This document shows, piece by piece, positions 51,224 through 64,000 of a stretch of 64,000 bases of DNA. The notes under the pieces were generated by a model. That model was not told the DNA's origin. It saw only the letters and a program-made list of their open reading frames with translations, and ran no database searches. The stretch spans positions 496,001 to 560,000 of the forward strand of contig NC_083448.1 of NCBI RefSeq assembly GCF_020745735.1. Direction: 5' to 3'. Every line of letters starts with the position of its first letter. The first letter of the stretch is position 1. This DNA comes from Hemiscyllium ocellatum. Lineage: Eukaryota. Both the position numbers and the translations under genes were made by a program.

Positions 51224-54200
51224 TTCAATTGACAGCAGCAGGAAGCGCGGGAGCTTGGATAAGGAGAGCATCGGGAAAGATAAGTCCCTGTTTTGAAACT
51301 TTAAAGCTCACCAGGAACTTCAGAGGCCTCATTTTCAGTTGACAGCAGCAGAAGCAGTGTAAGCTTCAGCCGGGGTTCTGTCGGGAAAAGTGCTTCACTG
51401 ATTTTAAACTTTAAAAGCTTACCTCGAGCGTCAGAGCCGTCCGTTGTCAGCAGCAGAAAAAGCGGGAGTTTGGACAAGGTGACTGTTGGGAGTTTGAGTC
51501 ACTAATTTATTCTTTAAAAGCTTACCTCTACTGTCAGCAGCGGAATCACGTCGGAGAGAATAGTTTTCTGGGAAATGAGGGACTTTTTTGCCCCTCAGCT
51601 TTAAAAGTTAGTGTTTTCACAACCCGTGTTCCCACCCTCGTAGGGCCTCCCTCTCATCCAGCTTCACTAACCTTGACCCCAGGGACACGTTTCCTCAGCT
51701 TCTCCAGGAGAAAGTGAGGACAGCAGATGCTGGAGATCAGGAATCCTGAAGAAGGGTTTATGTCCGAAACGTCGATTCTCCTGTTCCTTTGACGCTGCCT
51801 GACCTGCTGCGCTTTTTCAGCAACACATTTTTAAGTCATAAGCTACTCTTCTGTTTTTGCTTTCTGGTAAGGTAACGAGCAGGAATGACAATGCAGGGAG
51901 ATGAATGTATCTCCTGCATAATGTTCGAGGCTAGGTATGCCATTAGTGTCCCATTCAAGTACATCTGCAGGAAGTGCACATACTCTTGCTCGTCGAAGAC
52001 CACGTTCGGGAATTGGAGGGGAAGCTGCATGAACTTCAGATCATCCTGGAGGCAGGGTCTGTGATAGATAAGTGTTACAGGCTCCTAGGCATGGAGAAAG
52101 GGGGGAAAAAGTTAGAAGTGGGAATAACAGTCAGTACAGGGACCTCCTGTGGTCTTTCGTCTGGAATTCAAGTATAACGTTATGGATAATTTTGGGTAGG
52201 CAACGACTTACCGATGGCATGCACTGGGGTGGCGGTCTTCGGCGCATAGTCTTTTCCTGTTGCACAGAAGGGAAGTGGGGAAAGAAGAAGCGTGTTAATC
52301 AATCGGGACTCAGTCGTGAAAAGGTCAGACAGAAGGTTGGTTGGGAATGAAAGAGGCTCACATTTGGTGTGTTGCCTCGCAGGTGCTAGGATCCATGATA
52401 CCTCTTGTCTTCTCTTTGGGGTCTAGAAGAGAGTGCGTGACCTGCTCCAAGTAGTGGTCCACATAGATACCAAGTACACAGCTAGAAAGAGGGACAGGCG
52501 TTTAAGGCAGGATTTCGGGGAGCTAGTGTGGAAGCTTAGAGCGATAACAAACAAAATTGTCGTCTCTGTATTTTATCCGTGCAATATAATGGTGAGGTGT
52601 AAAACAGGGAGCGATATCAGCTGAATACATGGCGACAAGGATGGTGCGGGGGTGGTGGATTTCAGTTTTATGCATGACTGGGGCTCATTCTGTTTTAAGT
52701 GCGACCTATACAAACTGGACGGTCTTCACTTGAACCAGATTGGTCCGAAAATCATGGCTGTGATATTTGCTTTTGCCATTTGCGTGGGATTGAACTCGAT
52801 CAGCAGGGTTGTGGGAACCTATTTTCTAGTTCCTGTACAAAAGCGGATGAGAGTAGGCAGGAAATGTACTGGAGTTAAGGGTCACAGGAGTGCACTGGCA
52901 GACAGCAAGCTGGTTTGAAGTGTGTCAACGTCAACGCCAGGAGTATCCAGAAAAGCTTAGGTGATCTTCCAGCATGTGGCCATTATTGAGACATGGATTG
53001 AACAAGATCAGGAATTGAAGGTCCAGGTTCGAGGGTTTAGATCTTTCATCAATAACAGGGGGAGTGGTAAAATCGGGTGGGGGGAGATGTGGCTTTGTTC
53101 ATCAAGGGCGGTAAAGCGGTGATGGAAATCACACTTGACAAGGACTCGTCTACTGACGTGGCATCGTTTGATTTCACAAACAGAAGAGGAGCGGACACAC
53201 TGCTGGGAGTTTGCACAGGCATCCAAAAAGTTCCAGGGATGTGAAGGAGAGGATATCAAATCGATTCTGGGCCGGAGCAAAAGGAACAGAGTGGTCATGA
53301 TGGGGGAAATTAGCTTTCCCAACATTGACTGGAAATGCTATAACTCTTGTCAGTCGGATGGATCACTTTTTCTCCAATGTGTTTAAGAGGGTTGACTGAC
53401 TCAGTGTATCGATGGTCTGACAAGAGGGGAGGCCACACTGCGTGCGGTATTTGGTAATGAACCACGCCAGGTGTCTCATTTAGTTTTTGGTGAGTACTTT
53501 GGAAAGAGTGACCACAATTCTGTTACGTTTCATTTTGCGATAGACATGGGTAGGTATATGCCACATGGCAAGAGTTATGGGTGGGGGAAGGGCAATTATA
53601 ATGCAATAAGAAAGACTGAGAAGGCATAGAATGGGGCAGTTAAATGCAGGGGACAGGGACAATCGAAATGTGTAGCTGGTTTAAAAAAAAACAGATATAC
53701 ATATCTTTGATAGGTTTGTCCCTATCTGGCAAGGAGCAAGGTAAACGTGCGTTACTAAAGAAAGTTTATCTCTTGTTCAACGGCAGAGGAAGGCTTATGA
53801 GACATTCAGGCGATATGGTTCGGATAAGGCGATGACGAGTTACAGAGTATCTAGAAATTATTTAAAGAGAGAGTTTAGAAGAGCAAGGAGGGGACATAAA
53901 GTGTCTTCAGCAGATCGAATAAAGGAGATCCAGAAAGCTTTCTTTCGACGTGTAAAGAATAAAAGCATGACGAGGATAGGAATAGGGCCTGTCAAACACA
54001 GAAGTGTGAAGTTGCGTGTGGGCACTGTGAAGCTCAGAATGGTGCGAAACAAATATTTCTCATCTGTTATCTGTCAGGAAAAGGAGAGTATTGTGGAGGA
54101 GAAACCTCCGTTACAAGCTACTGGACTTGAAAGGATTGAGGTTAATAAGAAGGAGGCGTTATCATTTTTAGAAGATGTGAAAGTAGATAAGTCATCTGTG

Positions 54201-55700
54201 CTGGATGGAATTTTGCATGGAATTCTCTGGCTAGCAAGGAAGAATTTGGCCGAGACTTTGGCCTTAATCCTTGAATTGTCCTTGTCGACAAGTTTAGTAT
54301 CAGAGGACTGAAGGATGGCAAATGCTGTGCCCTTGTTCTAGGAAGGCAGTGGAAACAACCTAGCTAATTATAGACCAGTGAGCCTTATGTTTGTTGTAGG
54401 AGACATATTAGGAAGGATTATAAGAGATAAGATATGTAACCATCTAGCAAGCAAGATTTTGATTAGAAATACTCAACATGGATTTGTCAAGGGCATGTCG
54501 TTTCTCACAAACCTCATTGAGATTTTTGAGAGGGTAATTGAGCATGCCGATGAGGGTAGCGTAGCTTCATGGTGTGCATGGACTCCAGGAAAGCCTTTGA
54601 AAATATTACGTATGCTAGGCTTCTGGACAATACGCAGATGCATGTGATCTAGTAGTTTGAATTAGAAACTGGTTTTCTGTAAGAAGGCAATGAGAGTTGG
54701 TCGAGGGAAAATATTCAGACTGACGTACGGTTACGAGTGCTGTGCAACAAGAATTTCTGTCGGCAGCTTTTCTGTTTGTAACTTGTATAAACGACTTGGA
54801 TGCAGGCATAGGTGAATGTTTTAGTAAGTTTGCAGATGATACTCAAGTCGGTGGAATGGTGGAAAGTGTGGAAGATTTTTGCAGGTTGCAGGAAGACTTC
54901 GATAAACCGCAGAACTGAACTGAAAATTGGCAAATGGAGAACACATCAGATAAATCTGATTCGCTTTGGGAAGAATAAGAGAAAAACATAATATTGGGTC
55001 AATGGAAAAATTCTTCAGAGTGTCGAAGTTCCGAGTGATCTTGGCGTCCATTTTCATAGATTCCTGAAAGTTGCCACGAATTTGACAGTGCGCTTCAGAA
55101 GGCATTCGATATGTTAGGTTTTGTTGCTAGGCGGATAGTATTCTGGAGCAGTGATGTCACGTTGTAACTGTGTAAAAAAGCTCGTGCGGCCTCACTTGGA
55201 ATATTTTGCGCATTAGTAGTCACCCCTTTTCAGGAGGGTGTGGAAACATTGGAAAAGGTACAGAAGAATTGTACCAGCTGTTGCCTGGTCTGAAATGAGG
55301 AAAAACTGATGGACATGGATCCGTTCTCATTGGAGAGAAGAAGGATAAGAGGCGATTTTATCGAGACATATAAGGTAATTAGAGGATTAGATAGGGTGGA
55401 CAATGAGAGTCTTGTTTTTCCGAGGGTGATTATATCTGCTTGTTCGAGGTGGCATAGTTGGGTGATAGAGTTCGTACAGATGTCTGATGCAAGTTCTTCA
55501 AACAAAGCATGGTAACGGTGTGGAATGCCGTGCCTGCCACTGTAGTCAACTCAAACACATTCGGGGCGTTTAGGAAGTCCTTGGATAAGCATATGGTGAC
55601 GATGGGGCAGTATAGAGTGGTGGGCTTACATGAGTTCACAGGTGGATGCAACATCGAGAGCAGAAAGGCCTGTTCTGCGCTCTGTTATTCTATGTTTTAT
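51224..55700 (+). mobile_element. Near full-length decayed CR1 LINE (5' UTR monomers, ORF1 zinc-finger/esterase, ORF2 APE-RT, 3' tail)
   Basis: CISCIMFE...YICRKC near 51900, LYKLDGLHLN, VVMMGEISFPNIDW, QHGFVKG..LTNL, KFADDT, and TTCTATG tail near 55690. Confidence 0.9.
51741..51778 (+). ncRNA. Minimal type I hammerhead ribozyme motif in a short PLE-derived fragment (approx. 51707-51836)
   Basis: GAATC-CTGAAGA-A-GGGT TTAT GTCC-GAAA-CG-TC-GATTC: stem I GAATC/GATTC, intact CUGAnGA and GAAA cores, GUC cleavage triplet. Confidence 0.6.
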
Positions 55701-57160
55701 AAATCCTGACCAGCATTACATACCTATCCCTTTGCAACGGTAAAATAAGTATAACCAAATTGTGGTCACTATCACGGAAGTGCTCCCCTACCTCCAAATC
55801 TAACACCTGGCCTGGTTCATTACTCAGTACCAAATCCAAAGTAGCTTCTCTCCTTGTATCCCTTTCCACATACTGTGTCAGGAAACCCTCCTGCACGCAT
55901 TGGACATTAATAAAAAACATGTACAATTTATAGCACTTGAACTATCGTATTTATAGTCGATATTTGGAAAGTTAAAGACCCCCATAACAACTATTGTGTT
56001 ACTATCGCGCCTACCCATAATGTTTTTTGCTATCCTTCCCTTTATATCTCTGGAATTATTCGGAGGCTGAGAGAAAACTACCAATAGTGTGTCCTCTCCT
56101 TTCCTGTTTCTATTCTCAGCCTACATTATCACAGTAGATGTGTTATCAAATGTCATTTCTGCCACCCTAACACCGTCCTTGATTAACGATGCCAAGCTCC
56201 CACTTTTTTTTTACCACCTTTCCTGTTCTTTCTGAAACATCTAAATACCGGAAGCTGAAACAACCATTGGTGGCCAAGGTCTATGCATGCCACGGAAATT
56301 GCAACAACATTGAAATCTAAGATGTTAACCATGCTGCCGGTTCACTAACCTTATTTCTGATGCTCATAGCATTGACGGAGACACACCTCCAACTACCTTT
56401 CAGCTTCCATTGATCTCTTGCGAACTTAAAACCATATTTCTGACTGCACTACTTTCAACCTCCTCGACACTGGAGTTAAATTTATGTTCACAATCCCCTG
56501 TTTACCTCGTTTAAATCCTGAGAAAGAACTTTCGCGCATTTCACCGAGGTCGTTTTTACCCTTTCGATTAAGGTATTGGCCATCACGTTTGTTTTGGTCC
56601 TGCCTATACCAGAATGAGGCCAACTTTTCTGGTATCTGAATCCCTTCCTCCTTCACCATCCCTGTAGACAGGTATTCACTCCTCTCTCTCGCTATTCCTC
56701 CCCTCTTTGCACAGTGCACGGAAAATAAATCAGACATAATTATTCTTTTGTTCTATCTCTGAGATTCCACCCTACCTCCCTGAATGTCGGCATTAAATCC
56801 CAATCACATTCCCTACATATTTTGTTGGTGGCTATGTAATCATGACTTGAGGCTGGTCCCTTTCCTAAATAAGAATCTTCAAAACACGATCTGAAGCATT
56901 ACAGACCAGGACTTTGCGAGGCAACATACCAACTGTAAGTCTCTCTCATTCCCACAGAACCTGCTATCTGCACTCCCTCCCCCGCTAAGTATGAAGCCCC
57001 TAATGACTAATGCTCTGCCCCACACTCCCTTCCCTTCGGAGCAACAGAGACAGACTCTGTGCCAGAGACCTGCACCAAATTGCTTGTCCCTGGTAAGTCG
57101 TCATCCCCAAAAGTATCTAAAATGGTACACTTGTTGTTCAGGAAAACGGCCTGAATGATG
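55700..57160 (-). mobile_element. Decayed CR1 LINE (ORF1 and APE region)
   Basis: CVQEGFLTQYV..TRREATLDLVLSNEP...SDHN and VVMGVFNFPNID. Confidence 0.88.
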
Positions 57161-57279
57161 CGGCATCGTTTGTAAAATTTGGAATGACTGCATCTGTAGT
57201 TCAATAATTGGTTCGTACGAAATGTTTCTTTGGAAGGAACAAATAGCTCTGCCAAACATCCAACCCAAACATTGGGTTG

Positions 57280-58543
57280 GTAACCAATGATCCCAATATC
57301 CACAAACCAAGCAGCATCAGAACGTTATTCCAAACAGCAACCACATTGCAGCACAGAAGAAACTACGCAGAGCAGAGGAAAATCACCTATAGCATGTATT
57401 CAAAAAAGATGCTTAATAAATGAACGCAGGTCACAAATTTCTCAGCAACAAACACAAACATGTAGACAAAACAAGTCCCGAAACCCTATCCACTCCCCCC
57501 TACATCAAATACATATCGGAAATGACTGTTCAACTAGTCAGACCGCTTGACATCATGGTAGCCCGCAAACACACCAAAAAACTAAAACTGCAGCTAATGA
57601 ACTTGAAAGACCCTAACAGACAACAAGCAAAACAAATGTCATTTCCGAAATGCCGTGCAAAGACTTTAACAAATACTACGTTGAACAAACTGGCAGAAAA
57701 CTAGTCACCAGGAAGCTTGAACATCAATTAGCCAGACAGCGACATGACTCTCTCATTCTGATATCCATACATACAGATAATGAAGGACACCACATTGACT
57801 GTTACAGCACATCCATCTTCGTCATGCCAAACGGAGGCAAGCAAAAAGAATTCCGAGAAGCATGGCATTCCAAACTGCACTGTATTAACAAACACATTGA
57901 CTTGGTCCCGATTTACAAACCCCAGAGAAAAAGAACAGGAAATGACATCACCGCAGGAAATTATATTACGACGGTAAATCACAATACCCCCAACCCAAAG
58001 AAACCCAAACATATAAATAGAAAGCAGGAATCATCAGCAATGCTTCGTCCAGTGGATCGCTGAAAACGCTACATTATATGCTGACGAAACATCTGAAAAT
58101 GAACAGTCCAGCTCAGCGAATAAACCTACGTCCAGAACATCAAACGGAGCTACAAATCTTCTCAAATCGTGCTAACATCTACGGTCGCGATATGCTAAAA
58201 CTGGCCCCAAAGTGGGAAACGAATGCCATCCGACTGAGTGCCACCAGCGAATATCTGTACTTCCTGCACGAATACCTAAGAAAGCAGGTGCTACCTAAAT
58301 ACCTTAAATGCAAACCTCCCCTTTACACAATACTAGCGAAAAACATAGCAGAAAAAAAACAGGCCGCAGATTATTCAGCGAAATTCTTAATGATGCGGAT
58401 AACAGACTCCGCAAATACAAATTGGAAATTTTGCACCTAAAAACACCACTCACTCATGCAACAGACCATGAATGGGAAGATACAGTAAAACAAGCTATAG
58501 ATATCAGACAGCGACAAAAGCAAAAAACGAAAACAAAACTAGC
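57280..58543 (+). mobile_element. Penelope-like partial tandem: C-terminus/GIY-YIG, pLTR, then the start of the next unit
   Basis: PCKDFNKYYVEQTGRKLVTR..EHQLA...EFREAWHS. pLTR near 57940-58150 is homologous to 63400-63600. Confidence 0.88.
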
Positions 58544-61516
58544 CTCGCTGCTTTCTTCTGGATGTTTTGCAGAAATGAAAAGGACTACAGTTCCACTTAA
58601 TTACAGCGTGAAATGTGTTAAGTCTTTTCTTCTCCCTGGTTCTGAATGTGCGCCGATGTACACATCACCAATGGCCATTCTATAGAAGAGTATTGTTACC
58701 GTGCTCTTATCCTTGTGCTAAAATCCTTGGGAAATGGCTTTCCTCGCGCCGGCAAACCGTCTCAAAGCCAAGTAGAAACCTGATGTGCTGGCGTCACAAT
58801 GCACCACCGATTCCGAACGTATTCTCTTTGTCAATTGTACGCCAAAGCAGTCTCTGAAGGGGCCTCATTTGGAAGCTGTCTGCCATTTTTCAAAATGCGA
58901 AAATCAGCAACCGAAAACCTGAATCGTGTTTTGGAGTAGTTATCATGTCAGTGGGTAATTCCATCAGCAACAGCAATGGATGAATTTGCAGTCTCAGATG
59001 AAGCCCTGGACTGTCCTATCATTGAGTCACTAATATGAACGTGTGCCCCCGAAATCTAAGCCATGTTGGAACTGAAACTGAGGAAACGACAGAAATCTAC
59101 TGAACAACATTGTACCCATTTTGCTCGAATGTGCGCCGATGTACACATCATTGATGGCCATTCTGTAGAAGAATATTATTACCGTGCTCTGATCCTTCCG
59201 CTAAAAGCAATAGCACGTTGGCTTTCCTCGCGCCTGCAGCCCGTATCAAAGCCAAGGAGAAACCTAATGTGCTGGCGTCACAGTGCGCCACAGATTTCTA
59301 ACGTCGTCTCTCTGTCACTAGTACACCAAAGCAGTCTCTGAAGGGGGCTCATTTGGAAGCTGTCTGCCATTTTTCAAAGTGCAAAAATCAGCATCCAAAA
59401 ACCCGAATCGTGTTTTGGAGTAGTTATCATGTCAGTGGCTCACTCCATCAGCAACAGCAATGGATGAATTTGCAATCTCAGATGAAACTCTGGACTTGTC
59501 CTATCATAGAGTCACTAATACGAACATATGCTTCTGAAATCTAAGCCATGTTGGATCTGAAACTGAGGAAACAACAGAAAGGCCACCAAACGACATTGGA
59601 TCTATTTTGTTTTCTTGACATCACAGAGGAGCAGAAAAAGGCAAACGGGGTGGAGGAAAATAACACAGCGAGGCATGTGCAGCTCTGCAGAAAATCCTTC
59701 TTGCTGAGTCAGTCAACAACAAAAGACGTGAAGGTGACTCAGGCGGGAGAGCTTTTCACATAGAGAACAAAGTGCTGTCGCGGTCAGTTAACAACTCTTT
59801 GACATCTTGTGGTGGTGCGGTTGGGGGGACTGCCTTTTTAGTTCTGTCATGATGTTCAGAAACCGTGTTTTGTGCATCTCTAATAAGCACCATGGAATTT
59901 AGTGAACTTTACTGAGTCGCTTCTTATCGATTTTCACACAGGTTTCCAACTCAGCTGGCAGCCATGTGCCTCATGTCCAGGTGTGGACACCTCTGCAGCA
60001 AATTGCACGGTTAAGGTGCAAGAGAAGGAAACTAGCAACTCGTACCGGCTACGGGGTTCGGACAGACTCGCAATGTGATCTGTCCTTCTTGGTTTCTAAT
60101 GGTAACTCAGCTTTTCAGGTGGAGAACATTCTTTGGGACTCTTCTTCTGCCAAACTGTCGCAGTTATTGTAACAACACTGCACAATATGATCCGGCACAC
60201 GGCCTGCTCAGCTTTGTGCATTTTTCCTGTCGTCCGATTTTGTTTCATGTTGCGTGTAATCGTGAAAATTGTTCTGTTTCGAGCAATGGGCGAAATCATT
60301 TACCAAAAGAAGAATCTAAATTCCAGTACTGTCGTACAGCTCATGGTTTCTTTATCGAATCGTAAACGAATGTACTTTCTCACAGATACATTACATTTGT
60401 AACACAAACGATTGTCAGAAATTAGAATCAGCTTCCCATTGATTTTGTTTGGACTATCATGATCTGTTGTAAAATTGATATTGTCACTCAGCATATCCCA
60501 GCAGCAATGCGAGAAGGCAGGGATCGTGGAAAAATTTCCATGTGACTTCGCTTCGGTTGCTTTTGAAGAGCGCCATTGAAAATGTATGAAAATGCATGAC
60601 TGCTGCGTCTGGGCTGTGGTCGAACGGTCTTAGCCGCTGAATATAGACGCCAATTAAGCGAGTCAACAACCAGCTACCCTGAACAGAAAGGTAAAGCATG
60701 AAACGGCTGCAAATTCCAATACTGAATGAATCTGAGAAACAGCAGCCAATAGCGCCCGGAGCGTGGCGGATTACTGTAGTGTAGCGATTTTCACATTCGC
60801 TTCACACACGAAAAGTCCTCGGTTGAAAACGGGCAGAAGCAGCCTGGTTCTGTATGGCCGTTTCACAGTTTAGCGTACGCTGCATTTTCTTGCTTGCTGC
60901 TTTCACGAGTAAACCTGTCTGTGAATTTACAGACACGTATCTGTTGCAGAGATGAAAAGGACTACAATTCCACTTAATTACAGTGTGAAATGTTGTTCAG
61001 TCTTTTCTCCTCCCTGGTCCTGATTGTGCGCCGATGTACACATCACCGATGGCCATTCTGTAGAAGAATATTGTTACCGTGCTCTGATCCTTCCGCTAAA
61101 AGCAGGAGCGCATTGGCTTTCCTCACGCCAGCAATGAGTTTCAAAGCCATGGAGAAACCTGATGTGCTGGCGCCACAGTGCGCCACTTATTCCTAACATC
61201 GTCTCTCTTTCAATTGTGTGCCAAAACAGTCTCTGAATTGGGCTCATTTGGAAGCTGTCTGCCATTATACAAAGTGCGAAAATCAGCATCCAAAAAACCA
61301 AATCGTGTTTTGAAGTAGTTATCATGTCAGTGGCACACTCCATCATCAACTGCAATGGATGAATTTGCAGTCTCATATGAAGCTCTGGACTTGTCCTATC
61401 ATAGAATCATTAATATGAACGTGCGCCCCCGAAATATCAGCCATGTTGGAACTGAAACTGAAAAAACGACAGAAAGGCCACCGAACGACATTGTATCATT
61501 TTGTTTTCTTGACAAC
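58544..61516. mobile_element. Unclassified ~3-kb insertion with three copies of a ~0.5-kb direct repeat
   Basis: Repeat copies at approx. 58566-59120, 59127-59620 and 60942-61514. Flanked by AACTAGC at 58537-58543 and 61517-61523. Interrupts a Penelope ORF. Confidence 0.65.
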
Positions 61517-64000
61517 AACTAGCAAACATACATAAAGTAACAACACTGACAACACAGAAGCATTAAAAAACTTATTTTTCCGACCCTTAACAGTCACTGA
61601 AAAAGCCGTCTGAGTAAGAAGTTCAAATTTCAACTTCCAGAATGCGAACATGAAAGGTTTCTTCGCACATTAGAAACAACACTGACAGACAATTTACTCA
61701 CAGAAAAAAAAACATCCAGCTAACTACCAGATAGTTAAACGCACTAGCATAAACCCAAATAAGGATGGAAGCACTTTGAATACACTAAAAAGAAAAACAC
61801 TATAAAGTTGAAAACGTGAAGAAAAAAAATTGTTATTCAGCCTACAGACTAAGGACGCTTGACAGTCATTTTCAAGCAAGGAGACGACATTGAAAACCAA
61901 AAGCACTACTTGCAGACATCAAATTGACTAACAAGTGGCTATGGACCCGACCCCACAACTACTGAACCGAATCACAGCCCTTATCAAAAAGACTTCAGAA
62001 ATCTGTACGAATAAATAAGACGGATTTTAAAAAAAAAGAAAACAAACGGATCTAACAAACCACGCTTCTACGGATTCCCCAAAAATCACAAACCAGCAGC
62101 TCCCCCTTAGACACATAGTCTCGCTACCTGGAAAAGATTGGCCAAGGAGCCACATCAGAATCAAAAACACTTATTAGAAACCTCACGCCACTCCATCCAC
62201 TGCACCAAAAAATTTCTGAAAGCCATCAAAACGTGAAGAGTGAATAAAATGTAACAGCCCTGTTCACACCAATCAAAATAAACCTGGCCAAGGAAACACT
62301 GGCGACAGTATTAGAAGACATATACACCAAACAACCCTAACTTCATCTGCAAGGACAGTATCGTCAAGATTGTGGACCTATGCCTTATCACTCACTTCAC
62401 CTTCAACAACAAAACCTACAGACAAATCAATGGAACACCAATGTAATCGCCGATGACAGGGTTGTTAGCCGAGGCAGTAATGATGAGACTCAAACATAAA
62501 GCTCTGCCAACCATGTAACACAAACTTTGGGTCGGGTACGTGGATGGAACATTTCATATTACGAAACAAAACACGTTAGAGGAAACCTTCAAGGCCAGGA
62601 ATAATACCCTTAGTGACAATAATACTCACTAAATAGGAAAGAAGCAACAACAAACTGTCACAGTAGAGTGAACACCAATGGAGAACATCACACCAGACTC
62701 CCAGGAAAACAACACATGTGGATCAAATATTCAACTGCAGAACCAATCATACAAATATCCACAAACGAAGCTGCGTCACAACGTTATTCCAACGACAAAA
62801 CACACACTTCAGCACAGAGAAACAATGCAGAAAAAAGGAAAAACAGCCATGCATCGTATTTAAAGAGAATGGCTACCCAATGACCACAGTTTGCAGATTT
62901 CTTAGCAACAAACCCAAACAAGCAGACGAAACACCATAGTCCAGAAACCATAGTCACTCTCCCCTACCTCAAAAACATCTCGGATATGACTGCCAGACTA
63001 CTCAGACCCCTTGGAATCATGACAGTACACAAACTCACCAACACACGCAGACAGCAGGTCATGAAATTGCAAGTCTGTGTACAGACAACAAGCAAAACTA
63101 ATGCCATTTACAAAATACCGTGCAAGGACTGTAACAAATACTACATTGAACAAACAAGCAGGCAACGAATCACCAGAATATATGAACATTAACTAGCCGC
63201 CAACTGACATGACTCACTCTCACTAATATCCATACATACAGATAAAGAAGGACACCTCTTCTACTCGGAAAAGAAAAACATCCATCTTCTGGCAAGCTAA
63301 ACAAAGACACGCCAAAGAACTCCTAGAAGCATGGCATTCCAACTGGAAATCTATCAACAAACGCATGAAATTGGACCTTACCTACGATCCCCGAGAAAAC
63401 GGACAGGAAATGACATCACCTCAGGCGCAAAGAAACCTAAATATATAAATAGAAAGCAGAAATCATCAGCAATGGTTTTTCTGGAGGTTTACTGAACAGT
63501 TAAACTTGTATGGTGATAAAACTTCTGAAAATGAACCTTCCCAACTCAGCGAGCAAACCTACATCCAGAACCTCACTCTGACCTGCAAATCCTCTCAAAG
63601 CTCGCTAACACGTATGGACACAATACACAAAAATGGCCCGAAAATGGGAAACGAATTCCATCCGACAGAGTGCCATCCACGAACAGCTGTACTTCCTGCA
63701 CGAATGCCTAAGAACACAGATACGACCTAAATGTCTTCATTCCAAATTCCCCTGAACACCCCACAAGCTAAAAGACTAGCAGAACAAAACGATTGCAGAA
63801 GGCTTAGCGAATTTTTTTAATGATGCCCACAACAGACTCTGTAAATGCAACTGGGAAATCTTGCAACAAAAATCTTTGCTCTCTCATGCAACAAACCATT
63901 AAACAAACCAACAAACACAGCGCAACAATTCATATGCATTAGACAACGACAAACACAGCGAAAATATGAAAAGAACCTCCAAAAAATTCTAGGCAAACTT
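61517..64000 (+). mobile_element. Penelope-like element: RT, GIY-YIG, pLTR and start of a further tandem unit (decayed)
   Basis: PRFYGFPKNHKP, HFTFNNKTYRQINGTPM, WVGYVD and AIYKIPCKDCNKYYIEQT. 63600-64000 repeats 58150-58520. Confidence 0.9.

Noticed and set aside
58615-61376. Short ORFs in the ~0.5-kb repeat as a protein-coding gene family
   Set aside because: Stops and frames differ between the three copies, and no recognisable domain is present.

Overview
This is vertebrate genomic DNA, almost certainly from a cartilaginous fish (shark). It carries HE1-type V-SINEs, HER1-type CR1 LINEs with (TTCTATG)n tails, Penelope-like elements (PLEs) and Gmr1-type Gypsy LTR retrotransposons. By eye, about 80-90% of the window is nested, mostly decayed retroelement or tandem-repeat DNA. 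I can support one cellular gene, a two-exon minus-strand class A GPCR of the GPR139/GPR142-like type: exon 1 at 33420-33261, a 22.2-kb phase-1 intron, exon 2 at 11041-10134, 355 aa spliced. The most interesting observations are: (1) a 42-bp tandem array in frame with the GPCR start, which encodes a stop-interrupted N-terminal repeat containing N-glycosylation sequons; (2) an unclassified ~3-kb insertion with long direct repeats and a 7-bp target duplication inside a Penelope tandem array; (3) a ~4.5-kb pyrimidine-strand minisatellite just downstream of the GPCR; (4) a PLE-derived hairpin insertion with a 17-bp TSD and a core-intact minimal hammerhead ribozyme motif; (5) a 124/126-identical inverted CR1 pair in the GPCR intron; (6) ERV gag-like relics. 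No prokaryotic, CRISPR, rRNA or true tRNA features were seen. Boundaries of decayed repeats are approximate (tens of bp), and family assignments come from motif recognition, not database searches.
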